DNA of 62,843 bases from Pedobacter sp. (lineage in GTDB: Bacteria > Bacteroidota > Bacteroidia > Sphingobacteriales > Sphingobacteriaceae), in the NCBI RefSeq assembly GCF_045628745.1, contig NZ_JAZQPU010000318.1, positions 1 to 62,843 of the forward strand, written 5' to 3'. Position numbers and translations under genes: made by a program. The notes under the pieces are model-generated. The model worked only from the letters and a program-made list of their open reading frames with translations, was not told the origin of the DNA and did not search any database. Below, one piece after another: positions 48,726-58,611 of this stretch. The number at the start of each line of letters is the position of its first letter. Within the stretch, counting starts at the first letter, position 1.

Positions 48726-51542
48726 TTATTTCGATAAATACATCGATTTGTCTTTATACAGTTTTCTGAAATAAGGATCTTCAAGGTCTTTGATGAAACG
48801 GATAGATTCTCCGGTAGATTTCATCTCAGGGCCTAATTCCTTCGGTACTTCAGGGAACTTTTCATAAGAGAACACAGGTTCTTTAATGGCATAACCCACT
48901 AACTTGCGTTCAATGGTGAAATCTTTCAATTTATTTACACCCAGCATAATTTTAGCTGCAATGTTGATATAAGGAACGTCGTAAGCTTTAGCAATGAAAG
49001 GAACCGTACGGGATGCCCTTGGGTTGGCCTCAATTACATATACTTTATTGTCTTTCACGGCAAACTGAATGTTCAGCAAGCCACGAACGTTTAATGCTCT
49101 TGCAATTTTCTTAGAATAAGTCTCCATGTCGTTCATCACTTGTTCTGAAAGACTAAACGGAGGCAATACAGCAAATGAATCACCAGAGTGAATACCTGCA
49201 GGCTCAATATGTTCCATTAAACCAACGATATGTACATCTTCACCATCACAGATAGAGTCTGACTCCGTTTCTTCTGCTCTGTCAAGGAAATGGTCAATCA
49301 GCACACGGTTACCCGGTAAATCACCCAGCAATTTAACTACAGCTTTCTCCAGATCTTCGTCGTTGATGACAATGCTCATTCCCTGTCCGCCTAAAACATA
49401 ACTAGGACGTACTAAAACTGGGTAACCTACCTGGTTAGCTACAACAATAGCTTCTTCGGCATTTTCGGCAACACCATATCTAGGGTAAGGAATTTCAAGT
49501 TCTTTCAATAAGTCAGAAAAACGGCCACGATCTTCAGCAATATCCATGTCATTGTAAGATGTACCGATGATTTTAATGCCCATCTGATGAAGCTTTTCTG
49601 CCATTTTTAGGGCAGTCTGACCACCAAGCTGAACAATTACACCTTCAGGCTGCTCAAGTTCAATAATTTCACGTACATGCTCCCAGAATACAGGCTCAAA
49701 ATATAGCTTATCTGCCATATTAAAATCTGTAGATACCGTTTCAGGATTACAGTTGATCATGATGGCTTCAAAACCGCTTTCTTTAGCAGCCAATAAACCA
49801 TGCACACAAGAGTAGTCAAATTCAATACCCTGACCAATACGGTTAGGACCTGAACCTAAAACAATCACTTTTTTCTTGTCGGAAGCAATGGATTCATTCT
49901 CCTCTTCGAAAGTAGAATAGTAGTATGGTGTTTGTGCAGCAAACTCAGCAGCACAAGTATCAACCATTTTATAAACACGCTTAATGCCTAACGACTTTCT
50001 GCGGTCATAAACCTCATCTTCAGTAACGTTACCCAATAAATAAGCAATCTGAATATCAGAATAACCTTTTTGTTTTAAAGTAAAGAAGAAGTCTTTAGGT
50101 ATATTATTTAAGGAATATCTTTTTAATTCTGTTTCCAGGTGTACAAGATCCTGAATTTGCGATAAGAACCATTTGTCGATACGGGTAACCTTGCGGATAG
50201 ACTCCAAAGGAACGCCCATAGCCATGGCATCTTTAATAAGGAACAACCTGTTCCAGCTTGGATGCTCCAGGCCGTACATAATTTCTTCGATACTGCGGTT
50301 GTGTTTTCCATCGGCACCTAAACCTGCTCTGCCAATTTCTAAACTCTGACAAGCTTTTTGCAAAGCTTCAATGAAAGTACGGCCAATAGCCATTACTTCA
50401 CCTACAGATTTCATTTGAAGGCCAAGTTCCATGTTAGCACCTTTGAATTTATCAAAGTTCCAGCGAGGAATTTTAACGATCACGTAATCCAAACTAGGCT
50501 CAAAATAAGCAGAAGTAGTTTTAGTGATCTGGTTTTCAATTTCATCAAGGTTATAACCGATAGCTAACTTAGAGGCAATTTTAGCGATAGGATAACCTGT
50601 AGCTTTACTTGCCAATGCAGAAGAGCGAGAAACCCTTGGGTTGATTTCGATAGCGATAATTTCGTCATTTGCAGGGTTAACGGAGAACTGAACGTTACAT
50701 CCGCCGGCAAAATTACCAATAGCACGCATCATTTTAATGGCCTGGTTACGCATGTCCTGGTAGCAACGATCTGATAAAGTCATTGCTGGGGCAACAGTAA
50801 TGGAATCTCCTGTATGGATACCCATAGGATCAAAGTTTTCGATAGAGCAGATAATGATGACATTATCGTTGCTGTCTCTCAACAGTTCCAATTCGTATTC
50901 TTTCCATCCCAATACAGCTTGTTCAACCAGGACTTCATGAGTTGGAGAAGCTTCTAAACCGCGTTTTAAAGCAGCATCAAATTCTTCTTTTTTATGCACG
51001 AAACCACCTCCAGAACCACCTAAGGTGTAAGAAGGACGGATAACCAATGGATATCCTATTTCTTGTGCAGCTTCTTTACCTTCCAGGAATGAATTAGCGA
51101 TTTTAGAATTGGCAACGCCAATACCAATATCAACCATTAATTGCCTGAAGGCTTCTCTGTTTTCTGTTTTTTCGATAGCGGCAACATCAACACCGATTAC
51201 CCTTACGCCGTGTTTTTCCCAAACGCCACGTTCTTCAGCTTCTTTACAAAGATTTAATGCTGTTTGTCCACCCATAGTAGGCAAAACCGCATCAATTTTT
51301 CGTTCAATTAAGATCTGTTCAATGGAATCTACCGTGAGGGGGCGAAGGTAAACATGGTCTGCGATGACCTTATCCGTCATAATTGTTGCAGGATTGGAGT
51401 TAATGATGGAAACTTCAATTCCTTCTTCTTTTAAGGATAGGGCTGCCTGGGATCCTGAATAATCAAATTCACAGGCTTGACCGATAATAATAGGTCCGGA
51501 TCCGATGATCAATACGGAGCGTATGGAAGTGTCTTTAGGCAT
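48726..51542 (-). CDS. carB: Carbamoyl-phosphate synthase large subunit
   Basis: GSGPIIIGQACEFDYSG, two ATP-grasp halves, EINPRVSRSS and EANPRASRT. Confidence 0.97.
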   Translation of the reverse strand: MPKDTSIRSVLIIGSGPIIIGQACEFDYSGSQAALSLKEEGIEVSIINSNPATIMTDKVIADHVYLRPLTVDSIEQILIERKIDAVLPTMGGQTALNLCKEAEERGVWEKHGVRVIGVDVAAIEKTENREAFRQLMVDIGIGVANSKIANSFLEGKEAAQEIGYPLVIRPSYTLGGSGGGFVHKKEEFDAALKRGLEASPTHEVLVEQAVLGWKEYELELLRDSNDNVIIICSIENFDPMGIHTGDSITVAPAMTLSDRCYQDMRNQAIKMMRAIGNFAGGCNVQFSVNPANDEIIAIEINPRVSRSSALASKATGYPIAKIASKLAIGYNLDEIENQITKTTSAYFEPSLDYVIVKIPRWNFDKFKGANMELGLQMKSVGEVMAIGRTFIEALQKACQSLEIGRAGLGADGKHNRSIEEIMYGLEHPSWNRLFLIKDAMAMGVPLESIRKVTRIDKWFLSQIQDLVHLETELKRYSLNNIPKDFFFTLKQKGYSDIQIAYLLGNVTEDEVYDRRKSLGIKRVYKMVDTCAAEFAAQTPYYYSTFEEENESIASDKKKVIVLGSGPNRIGQGIEFDYSCVHGLLAAKESGFEAIMINCNPETVSTDFNMADKLYFEPVFWEHVREIIELEQPEGVIVQLGGQTALKMAEKLHQMGIKIIGTSYNDMDIAEDRGRFSDLLKELEIPYPRYGVAENAEEAIVVANQVGYPVLVRPSYVLGGQGMSIVINDEDLEKAVVKLLGDLPGNRVLIDHFLDRAEETESDSICDGEDVHIVGLMEHIEPAGIHSGDSFAVLPPFSLSEQVMNDMETYSKKIARALNVRGLLNIQFAVKDNKVYVIEANPRASRTVPFIAKAYDVPYINIAAKIMLGVNKLKDFTIERKLVGYAIKEPVFSYEKFPEVPKELGPEMKSTGESIRFIKDLEDPYFRKLYKDKSMYLSK

Positions 51543-51675
51543 ATGGCTTTAAAAGTTTTGCGCGCGAGAATCTCTATACGAAAAAGAAATGTCCCGACTT
51601 CTCTGTCGGGGTGCAAAGTTAAGCTTTTAGAGCATAAGAATGATACATTTTTGTAAAAAGGGGCAAAATAAGCGC

Positions 51676-51990
51676 TTAGCGCTGTTGCAATTGTATTTGA
51701 CCAATATCTGTTGTGGCACTGTCAATAACGGCAACCTCATTGAGCACCGAATCTCTAAGGGGTGGAATGGCTTTGATCCAAATTTTATAGGTTCTTGGGC
51801 GCAAGTGAGCAACATTAAAACTGCCGTTGGTGGCTTGCACGGTAAGGGTGTCAACGCCTGAAATGACAAGCACCTGTTGAAAACCATTTATTGGGGAGAT
51901 TTTACCCTGTATGGCGCCACTGTATTGCGTTTTAAAAGCAAATAAAGCAATAGGCAGCAGGATGAAGGCAGCAATTTTAAAAAATTTCAT
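51676..51990 (-). CDS. Small secreted carboxypeptidase-regulatory-like (beta-sandwich) protein
   Basis: Signal MKFFKIAAFILLPIALFA, then GAIQGKISP..NGSF..L.P.TYKI..DIGQIQL. Confidence 0.7.
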   Translation of the reverse strand: MKFFKIAAFILLPIALFAFKTQYSGAIQGKISPINGFQQVLVISGVDTLTVQATNGSFNVAHLRPRTYKIWIKAIPPLRDSVLNEVAVIDSATTDIGQIQLQQR

Positions 51991-52108
51991 AAGATAGATT
52001 TTAATGCTCGGTATTGTTAAAGATGCAAAATTATCAGTGGCCAACCAAATAAATGATGATGTTTGGCAGTTGTGCTGCACTTGGAACAAAATTTGTTCGA
52101 AGGGTGAT

Positions 52109-52633
52109 ATGAAAAAAGTAATTATCGCATTTTTAGCCATCACTATAGGAATTAGCGGATGTGCAACTGTACAGTCCATCATTAAATCTAGCTTCCCTTA
52201 TACTGCAACTTTAATTATACCAGCATCTTCGAAAGCAAATACCACTATTTCTGCAACCAGTGCAGCGAGTAGCTTCGATGAGGTATTTGGCAATCAAAAT
52301 GGAACAAGTTATATTAAGGAAGTAAGAATTGCCTCTGCAAAACTGTCAGCTGTTAATCCTAACACCCAAAGTATGGGTATGTTTAAGTCGGTAAAAATCT
52401 TTATTTCTAACGGTAGCAGCGGTGAAGTCATGGTAGCGTCACGAAACGATATTGCAGAAAATATTGGCTCTTCACTTGTACTAGACATAGATAATTCACG
52501 TTTCTTAGATAACTATATCAAAGGAAACAGCTTAAGGATTAGAGCAGAATATGTTTTAAGAAATGGTGTAACTACGGATGTAAGTGTTAAGGCTGCTTTG
52601 AGTTTCAGCTCATCGCCTAACGCCACCTTATAA
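52109..52633 (+). CDS. Hypothetical lipoprotein
   Basis: MKKVIIAFLAITIGISG-C lipobox. Confidence 0.75.
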   Translation: MKKVIIAFLAITIGISGCATVQSIIKSSFPYTATLIIPASSKANTTISATSAASSFDEVFGNQNGTSYIKEVRIASAKLSAVNPNTQSMGMFKSVKIFISNGSSGEVMVASRNDIAENIGSSLVLDIDNSRFLDNYIKGNSLRIRAEYVLRNGVTTDVSVKAALSFSSSPNATL

Positions 52634-52688
52634 TAAAAGCATTCTTCTTCGGAAGGATATTCTTCATAAATAGTTTGTTTGGTTTATT

Positions 52689-52723
52689 ATCCGGTAGGAA
52701 TTATTTCTACCGGATTTTTTTTT
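52689..52723 (+). terminator. Intrinsic terminator
   Basis: ATCCGGTAG..CTACCGGAT followed by a T-tract. Confidence 0.8.
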
Positions 52724-52758
52724 GATAAATATCTCCCTGTATGCTTTACTTTTGAAGC

Positions 52759-53304
52759 ATGGAAAATGCCACCATCAAAAGAATTAAAAAAATTGCTGTT
52801 GTAGGCCCTGAAAGTACGGGTAAATCTACCATCACTGCAGCGTTAGCCCGGCATTACCATACGCAATGGGTAGCAGAATATTCACGATATTACTGTGCCG
52901 GCTTAACCACTCCTTGTACCCTCCAGGATGAAGTTAATATGTTTTACGGACAGCTTGCCCTGGAGAATACAGTAATAGCGACAGCTGAAAAAGCCTTTAT
53001 ATTTTGCGACACCACCATTTTGACGGTCAAGATCTGGAGTGATGAAATGTTCGGCACCACGCCACAAGTTGTACTCGATGAATTGCCAAAACACCCATAC
53101 GACCTTTACCTGTTGATGGATATTGATTTACCATGGCAGGAGGATCCCCTGCGTGATTTCCCTCATATGCGTGAGCATTTTATGTCGGTATGGCACCAGG
53201 AATTAAAAGCCTTAGGCGCCAACTATATGGTGGTGAGCGGCATTGAAGATCGCTTTGCTAAGGCTGTAAAAGCAGTTGACGATTTTCTTAAGGAAAATTC
53301 TTAA
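52759..53304 (+). CDS. NadR-type (AAA_28) P-loop kinase domain protein
   Basis: GPESTGKST, EYSR, FCDT and PWQEDPLR. Confidence 0.85.
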   Translation: MENATIKRIKKIAVVGPESTGKSTITAALARHYHTQWVAEYSRYYCAGLTTPCTLQDEVNMFYGQLALENTVIATAEKAFIFCDTTILTVKIWSDEMFGTTPQVVLDELPKHPYDLYLLMDIDLPWQEDPLRDFPHMREHFMSVWHQELKALGANYMVVSGIEDRFAKAVKAVDDFLKENS

Positions 53305-53316
53305 AAAATTGAATGA

Positions 53317-53347
53317 TTTGCTATTGTGAATTAAAGTTATAGATTTG
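53317..53347 (+). promoter_or_regulatory. Bacteroidota -33/-7 promoter for the TPP riboswitch transcript
   Basis: TTTG (53317-53320), 19-nt spacer, TAGATTTG (53340-53347). Confidence 0.7.
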
Positions 53348-53351
53348 CATC

Positions 53352-53473
53352 ATCAAAAGGGGTGCCTTGTTTTGTCAAAAAACACAAAAACAGGCTGAGA
53401 TCATACCCATTACATCGAACATAAAAACGTTCGGATGTATGCACCTGATCCGGATAATGCCGGCGGAGGGATT
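53352..53473 (+). ncRNA. TPP riboswitch (THI element)
   Basis: GGGGTGC..GGCTGAGA..ATACCC..ACCTGATCCGGATAATGCCGGCGGAGGGA, upstream of a TonB receptor and thiE. Confidence 0.93.
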
Positions 53474-53544
53474 GGAGTTATGGAGTTTAACTAAACTGTA
53501 AGTACCCCTACTTATAGCGTGTTTTACTAAAAACAATTTTAAAA

Positions 53545-56001
53545 TTGAAAAAATTATTGATCGCAGCTTTAGCTGTGTTGCTTTTGCCGCTATGGACGAA
53601 AGCACAGTTTAACATTTCAGGAAGCGTTTCTGAAAATGAACAACATTTACCTGGAGCAAGTATCAGGATTAAAAACGCAGGCCTGGGTACGACAGCGAAC
53701 AAACAGGGCCAGTACCAGTTTAAAAATGTTAAAGCAGGGAGTTACACTTTAGAGGTGAGCTTTATGGGTTACCAGACCCAGGTAAAAAACATTACCTTAA
53801 ATGCCGATGTAGTGTTGAACTTTAACCTGAAAGCCTCGGCTTACCTGGCAGATGAGGTCATTGTTCGCGGCACCCGTGCTAATGAAAAGTCTGCTACTAC
53901 TTATAAAAACCTAAGTAAAGCAGAAATTAGCGAGAACAACTTTGGTCAGGACCTGCCCTTTCTTTTGAATAATACGCCGGGAGTAGTCGTTTCCTCTGAT
54001 GCTGGTGCCGGCATTGGCTATACCAGCATGACCATTAGAGGCAGTGATGCCAGCCGGATCAATGTAACTGTAAATGGCATTCCTTATAACGACAGTGAAA
54101 GCCAGGGCAGCTTTTGGGTAAACATGCCTGATTTTGCTTCTTCGGTAGAAAATATTCAGATTCAACGCGGTGTAGGTACTTCAACAAACGGCGCAGGTGC
54201 CTTTGGGGGCAGCATTAATGTGCAAACCAGCGCCATTGCTGCTGAACCTTTTGCCGAAATTAACAACTCCGCAGGTTCTTTTGGAACCCTTAAAAATACG
54301 GTTAAATTAGGTTCAGGACTTATTAATGGTAAGTTTAGTTTTGATGGCCGTCTTTCTCAAATTAAAACAGATGGATTTGTTGACCGTGGCAGCGCAGATT
54401 TGAAGTCGTACTTTCTTTCTGGTGCTTACCAGGGTAAAAAAGACCTCTTACGCCTGAATGTCTTTGCGGGTGCAGAAAAAACCTATCAGGCCTGGAATGG
54501 TATTCCAGAAGCACGGCTAAATGGTGATGTGGCAGGCATGCAAGCTTACATCGACAGAAATTACCTCAGTGAGGCCGACGCCCAGCTGCTATTGAATTCC
54601 AACAGCAGAACCTATAACTCTTTTACCTATAAGGATCAAACAGACAATTATTGGCAAAATCATTACCAGTTGTTGTATGCCAGGCAGTTTACCGACAAGT
54701 TCTCTTTTAATGGTGCCCTGCATTATACGGATGGCCGCGGTTATTATGAAGAATTCAAAGAGGACCAAAAACTGGCAAGCTATGGCCTAGCCCCAGTTGG
54801 CACCGGCACAACGGCTATCACTAAGACAGATTTAATTCGCAGAAGGTGGCTTGACAATGACTTTTATGGCGTTACTTATAACTTTGTTTACCAGCCACAG
54901 GCTAACCTGAGTTTTACTTTAGGCGGTGCTTATAATGAGTATAAGGGCAAACACTTTGGCGAAATCATCTGGGCACAATATGCCGCTAACGGTAATTATG
55001 GAGATCATTATTACGACAATGAGGGTGATAAAACAGATTTCAATGTGTACGGTAAAGTGAGTTATAGTCCGACGGAAAAAGTAAGTCTCTTTGCAGACCT
55101 GCAATACCGTAGCATTAACTACGCGGTGCTGGGCACAGAGAATAAACTGAATTTCCTTGACCTGCAAGATAAAATGGATTTCTTTAACCCTAAAGTTGGG
55201 GCGACGTTTTTCGTCAATGACAAAAGCAATGTCTATTTATCATTAAGTGTAGCCAATAAAGAGCCAAAGCGTGATGATTATGTGAGTGCCAACCCGGGAT
55301 TATTTCCAAGGCCCGAACGTTTATATAACACCGAACTGGGCTATCGCATCAATAGTGGAAACCTGAATGCAGGTGTAAATGCTTATGGCATGTTTTATAA
55401 AGACCAATTGGTGGTTACGGGCAAAATCAATGACGTAGGTGCTTCCATGAGGCAGAATGTAGAGGACAGCTATAGAATTGGTGTAGAACTTGATGCTGCA
55501 TATACTTTAAGCAGCAAGCTGATTTTAAATGCCAATGCGGCCTTCAGCAAAAATAAAATCAGCAACTATGTTGATTACTTGTATGAGTACGATGATGATG
55601 GGAACATCACTAATACGGTAGAAACAAATTATAAAAGTACAGCTATCAGCTTCTCTCCTTCGGCAGTATTATTTGCTGAACTGGCTTATCAACCCTTTAC
55701 TGGCTTTGCCATTGCCCTGCAAAACAAATACGTGAGTAAACAGTATTTAGATAATACACAGGAGGAGACCAGAAAGCTGAAAGGCTATTTTGTAAGTAAC
55801 CTGCGTACGGGATATGATTTTACGGCCTTTGGCATTAAAAAGGTAAACCTGGGCTTGCTGGTGAACAATGTGTTTAATAAAAAGTACGAAAGCAATGGCT
55901 ACACCTACGGATCTATATACCAGGGTGTAACCACCAGGGAGAACTTTTATTTCCCTCAGGCGGGCACAAACTTCTTACTTTCGCTAAATTTGAAGTTCTA
56001 A
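53545..56001 (+). CDS. TonB-dependent receptor, probable thiamine uptake
   Basis: Signal peptide, carboxypeptidase-like N-domain, plug (IRGSDASRINVTVNGIPYND, IQRGVGTSTNGAGAFGGSIN) and terminal Phe; lies under TPP riboswitch control. Confidence 0.9.
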   Translation: MKKLLIAALAVLLLPLWTKAQFNISGSVSENEQHLPGASIRIKNAGLGTTANKQGQYQFKNVKAGSYTLEVSFMGYQTQVKNITLNADVVLNFNLKASAYLADEVIVRGTRANEKSATTYKNLSKAEISENNFGQDLPFLLNNTPGVVVSSDAGAGIGYTSMTIRGSDASRINVTVNGIPYNDSESQGSFWVNMPDFASSVENIQIQRGVGTSTNGAGAFGGSINVQTSAIAAEPFAEINNSAGSFGTLKNTVKLGSGLINGKFSFDGRLSQIKTDGFVDRGSADLKSYFLSGAYQGKKDLLRLNVFAGAEKTYQAWNGIPEARLNGDVAGMQAYIDRNYLSEADAQLLLNSNSRTYNSFTYKDQTDNYWQNHYQLLYARQFTDKFSFNGALHYTDGRGYYEEFKEDQKLASYGLAPVGTGTTAITKTDLIRRRWLDNDFYGVTYNFVYQPQANLSFTLGGAYNEYKGKHFGEIIWAQYAANGNYGDHYYDNEGDKTDFNVYGKVSYSPTEKVSLFADLQYRSINYAVLGTENKLNFLDLQDKMDFFNPKVGATFFVNDKSNVYLSLSVANKEPKRDDYVSANPGLFPRPERLYNTELGYRINSGNLNAGVNAYGMFYKDQLVVTGKINDVGASMRQNVEDSYRIGVELDAAYTLSSKLILNANAAFSKNKISNYVDYLYEYDDDGNITNTVETNYKSTAISFSPSAVLFAELAYQPFTGFAIALQNKYVSKQYLDNTQEETRKLKGYFVSNLRTGYDFTAFGIKKVNLGLLVNNVFNKKYESNGYTYGSIYQGVTTRENFYFPQAGTNFLLSLNLKF

Positions 56002-56083
56002 GCTGAAATAGGTTTGGGTTAATGTTAGCGCTTCATTTTTAAACAAAGACAAACAGCTTCCTCTGACCAAAGACAAACAATAG

Positions 56084-56716
56084 ATGAAAAAATATATAGA
56101 AAAGCTACATTTCATTACCCATGACCTACCTGAATTAAGTCATGTGCAACAAGCACAATTGGCCTGTGAGGCAGGTGCAAAATGGATACAATATCGCTGT
56201 TTGACTAAAACAGAGGAAGATTTGTTAAATGAAATTAACCAGATTGCGGAAATTTGTGACGATTGGGGTGCCACCCTGATCGTTACGGATCATGTTCAAT
56301 TTAAAGGGAAAGCTGATATTCAGGGTTTCCACATGGAGGACATGGACGCAGATTTTGTAGCTTTAAGGCAACTGCTCGGTGAAGAAACAACTATTGGGGG
56401 CTCGGCCAATACTGTTGAAGGGTTGATGAGGCTAGCCAAAGAAGGTGTTGATTATGCAGGTTTTGGTCCTTTTAATATAACGACTACAAAACCAAATAAT
56501 GCCCCCCTGTTAGGCTTAAATGGTTATCAGGAAGGCATGGCAGCTTTAAAAGAATTGAATATCGATTTGCCTATTCTTGCCGTGGGTGGGGTAACTTTAA
56601 ACGATGTAAAGCCCTTGTTGCAAACCGGTGTATTTGGCATTGCCGCTTCTGCTGCCATTAACCAGGCAGAAGACCTTCGGGATGCTTATAGTGAATTTTA
56701 TAATTTGCTGCTTTAA
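56084..56716 (+). CDS. thiE: Thiamine phosphate synthase (ThiE/TenI family)
   Basis: QYR, IGGSAN, GFGPF..TTTK and AVGGV; some canonical motifs are altered. Confidence 0.75.
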   Translation: MKKYIEKLHFITHDLPELSHVQQAQLACEAGAKWIQYRCLTKTEEDLLNEINQIAEICDDWGATLIVTDHVQFKGKADIQGFHMEDMDADFVALRQLLGEETTIGGSANTVEGLMRLAKEGVDYAGFGPFNITTTKPNNAPLLGLNGYQEGMAALKELNIDLPILAVGGVTLNDVKPLLQTGVFGIAASAAINQAEDLRDAYSEFYNLLL

Positions 56717-56745
56717 CTGCCGCATTTTTAGCATATATCACGTTA

Positions 56746-56781
56746 AAAATCCTGTATCATAGAACTATGATGCAGGATTTT
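56746..56781. terminator. Bidirectional terminator
   Basis: AAAATCCTGTATCATAG..CTATGATGCAGGATTTT. Confidence 0.8.
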
Positions 56782-56785
56782 AGAT

Positions 56786-58534
56786 TTAGATTTCTACCCT
56801 CTCTCCTACTTGCTGACGCCACATGGCATAATATAAACCTTTCTCTTCCAGCAGGTCATCATGTTTACCCTGTTCAATGATGTGACCTTTTTCTAATACG
56901 TAGATACGGTCGGCATGACGAATGGTCGACAAGCGATGTGCGATTAAAATGGTGATATGACTGGTTTGCTCTGATATCTCACGGATGGTAGCGGTAATTT
57001 CTTCTTCCGTCAGTGAATCTAAAGAAGATGTGGCCTCATCGAAAACAAGAATATCTGGTTTACGCAGCAAAGCACGGGCAATAGATAAACGTTGTTTTTC
57101 ACCACCTGAAACTTTTACACCGCCTTCACCAATTACTGTATCAAGACCTTTCTCTGCCCTGGCCATTAAATTCTGACAAGCCGCTTGTTGGAGCACATGT
57201 AAACATTCTTCGTCTGTTGCAGTGGGTCGTACAAACAATAAGTTTTCCCTGATGGTGCCAGAAAACAATTGCGTATCCTGGGTAACGAAACCAATTTTTT
57301 CACGCAACTGGTCAAGGTCTATCTGATCACTACTAATCTCATTGTATAATACCTGTCCTTCTTTTGGCTGATATAGTCCTACTAATAACTTAACAAGGGT
57401 AGTTTTACCAGACCCTGAAGGGCCAACAAAGGCAATGGTTTCTCCTTTAAAAGAGTTAAAGCTGATGTTATTCAAAGCATTGCTTTTTCCTGTTAAATGA
57501 CGGAAGTTGACATTTTCAAAAGAAAGCTTGCTGATTTTCTCCAGCTGAACAGGGTTTACAGGTTTTTGATCTATAGGGGTGCTCAGAATCCGTTTGAAAT
57601 TACCCAGTGATACTTCGGCCTCTCGCCATGATAAAATAACGTTACCAAGCTCCTGCAGGGGGCCAAATAAAAAGAAAGAGTAAAAGAGGAAAGAAAAATA
57701 TTCGCCCGGTGAAATGGTATTTTCAAAGATCAGGATGAGTAACACCACAACCATGGAGCTTCGTACAAAATTTACAGTGGTACCTTGCACAAAGCTCATA
57801 CTGCGTACATATTTAACCTTTTTGAGCTCTAAGGCTAAGATCTGATAAGTGGTTTTGTTGAGCCTTTCAATTTCCTGGTTTACCAGGCCAAGGCTCTTCA
57901 CCAATTCTATGTTCCTTAAAGATTCGGTGGTAGAACCCGCCAAAGCAGTGGTTTCGCCAATGATTACCCTTTGGATGGTTTTGATTTTTTTACTTAAAAA
58001 CCAGCTCACAAAGCTGATGATAGGGATGGCAGAAAAATAAATCAGGGTAACTTTATAGCTGACAGAAGAAGAATAGACAATAACGAAGACCATTCCTATT
58101 AAGCTCACAAAAATAACGCTGATAAAAGAAGTAATGAATTTCTCACAGTCGAGACGTACTTTTTGCAAGATGCCTAAGGTTTCACCACTCCGCTGGTCTT
58201 CAAAAACCTGGTATGGCAGCTCCAAGGAGTGCTTTAAGCCATCAGCATACATGCGGGCCCCTACTTTTTGGACAATGATACTGGTAAAATAATCCTGGAA
58301 GTTTTTGGCAATCCGGGAAACCATGGCGGCACCAATTCCTAATCCTACCAGCTTCAGCACCCCCCAGACAAACTCACTCCTGCTGAGTTCATCTTTTTTT
58401 TCAATAAACCGATCAACAATTCTTCCGGTAATATAAGGATCAAGTAAAGAAAAACCTATGTTGATGGCGGCAAGGACCAAGGCTAGCACAACTACCCATT
58501 GGTGTTTTTTGAGGTACGAAAAAAGTAGATTCAT
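56786..58534 (-). CDS. ABC exporter (fused TMD-NBD)
   Basis: GPSGSGKTT, VSGGEKQR, FDEATSSLD and IAHRLST. Confidence 0.92.
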   Translation of the reverse strand: MNLLFSYLKKHQWVVVLALVLAAINIGFSLLDPYITGRIVDRFIEKKDELSRSEFVWGVLKLVGLGIGAAMVSRIAKNFQDYFTSIIVQKVGARMYADGLKHSLELPYQVFEDQRSGETLGILQKVRLDCEKFITSFISVIFVSLIGMVFVIVYSSSVSYKVTLIYFSAIPIISFVSWFLSKKIKTIQRVIIGETTALAGSTTESLRNIELVKSLGLVNQEIERLNKTTYQILALELKKVKYVRSMSFVQGTTVNFVRSSMVVVLLILIFENTISPGEYFSFLFYSFFLFGPLQELGNVILSWREAEVSLGNFKRILSTPIDQKPVNPVQLEKISKLSFENVNFRHLTGKSNALNNISFNSFKGETIAFVGPSGSGKTTLVKLLVGLYQPKEGQVLYNEISSDQIDLDQLREKIGFVTQDTQLFSGTIRENLLFVRPTATDEECLHVLQQAACQNLMARAEKGLDTVIGEGGVKVSGGEKQRLSIARALLRKPDILVFDEATSSLDSLTEEEITATIREISEQTSHITILIAHRLSTIRHADRIYVLEKGHIIEQGKHDDLLEEKGLYYAMWRQQVGERVEI

Positions 58535-58549
58535 GAAAAGCAAAAATAG

Positions 58550-58585
58550 AAAAAGGGAATATAGCTTTCACCATATTCCCTTTTT
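58550..58585 (-). terminator. Terminator after frr
   Basis: AAAAAGGGAATAT..ATATTCCCTTTTT. Confidence 0.78.
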
Positions 58586-58611
58586 ATTATATAAAGATTA
58601 TAAACGGATGA

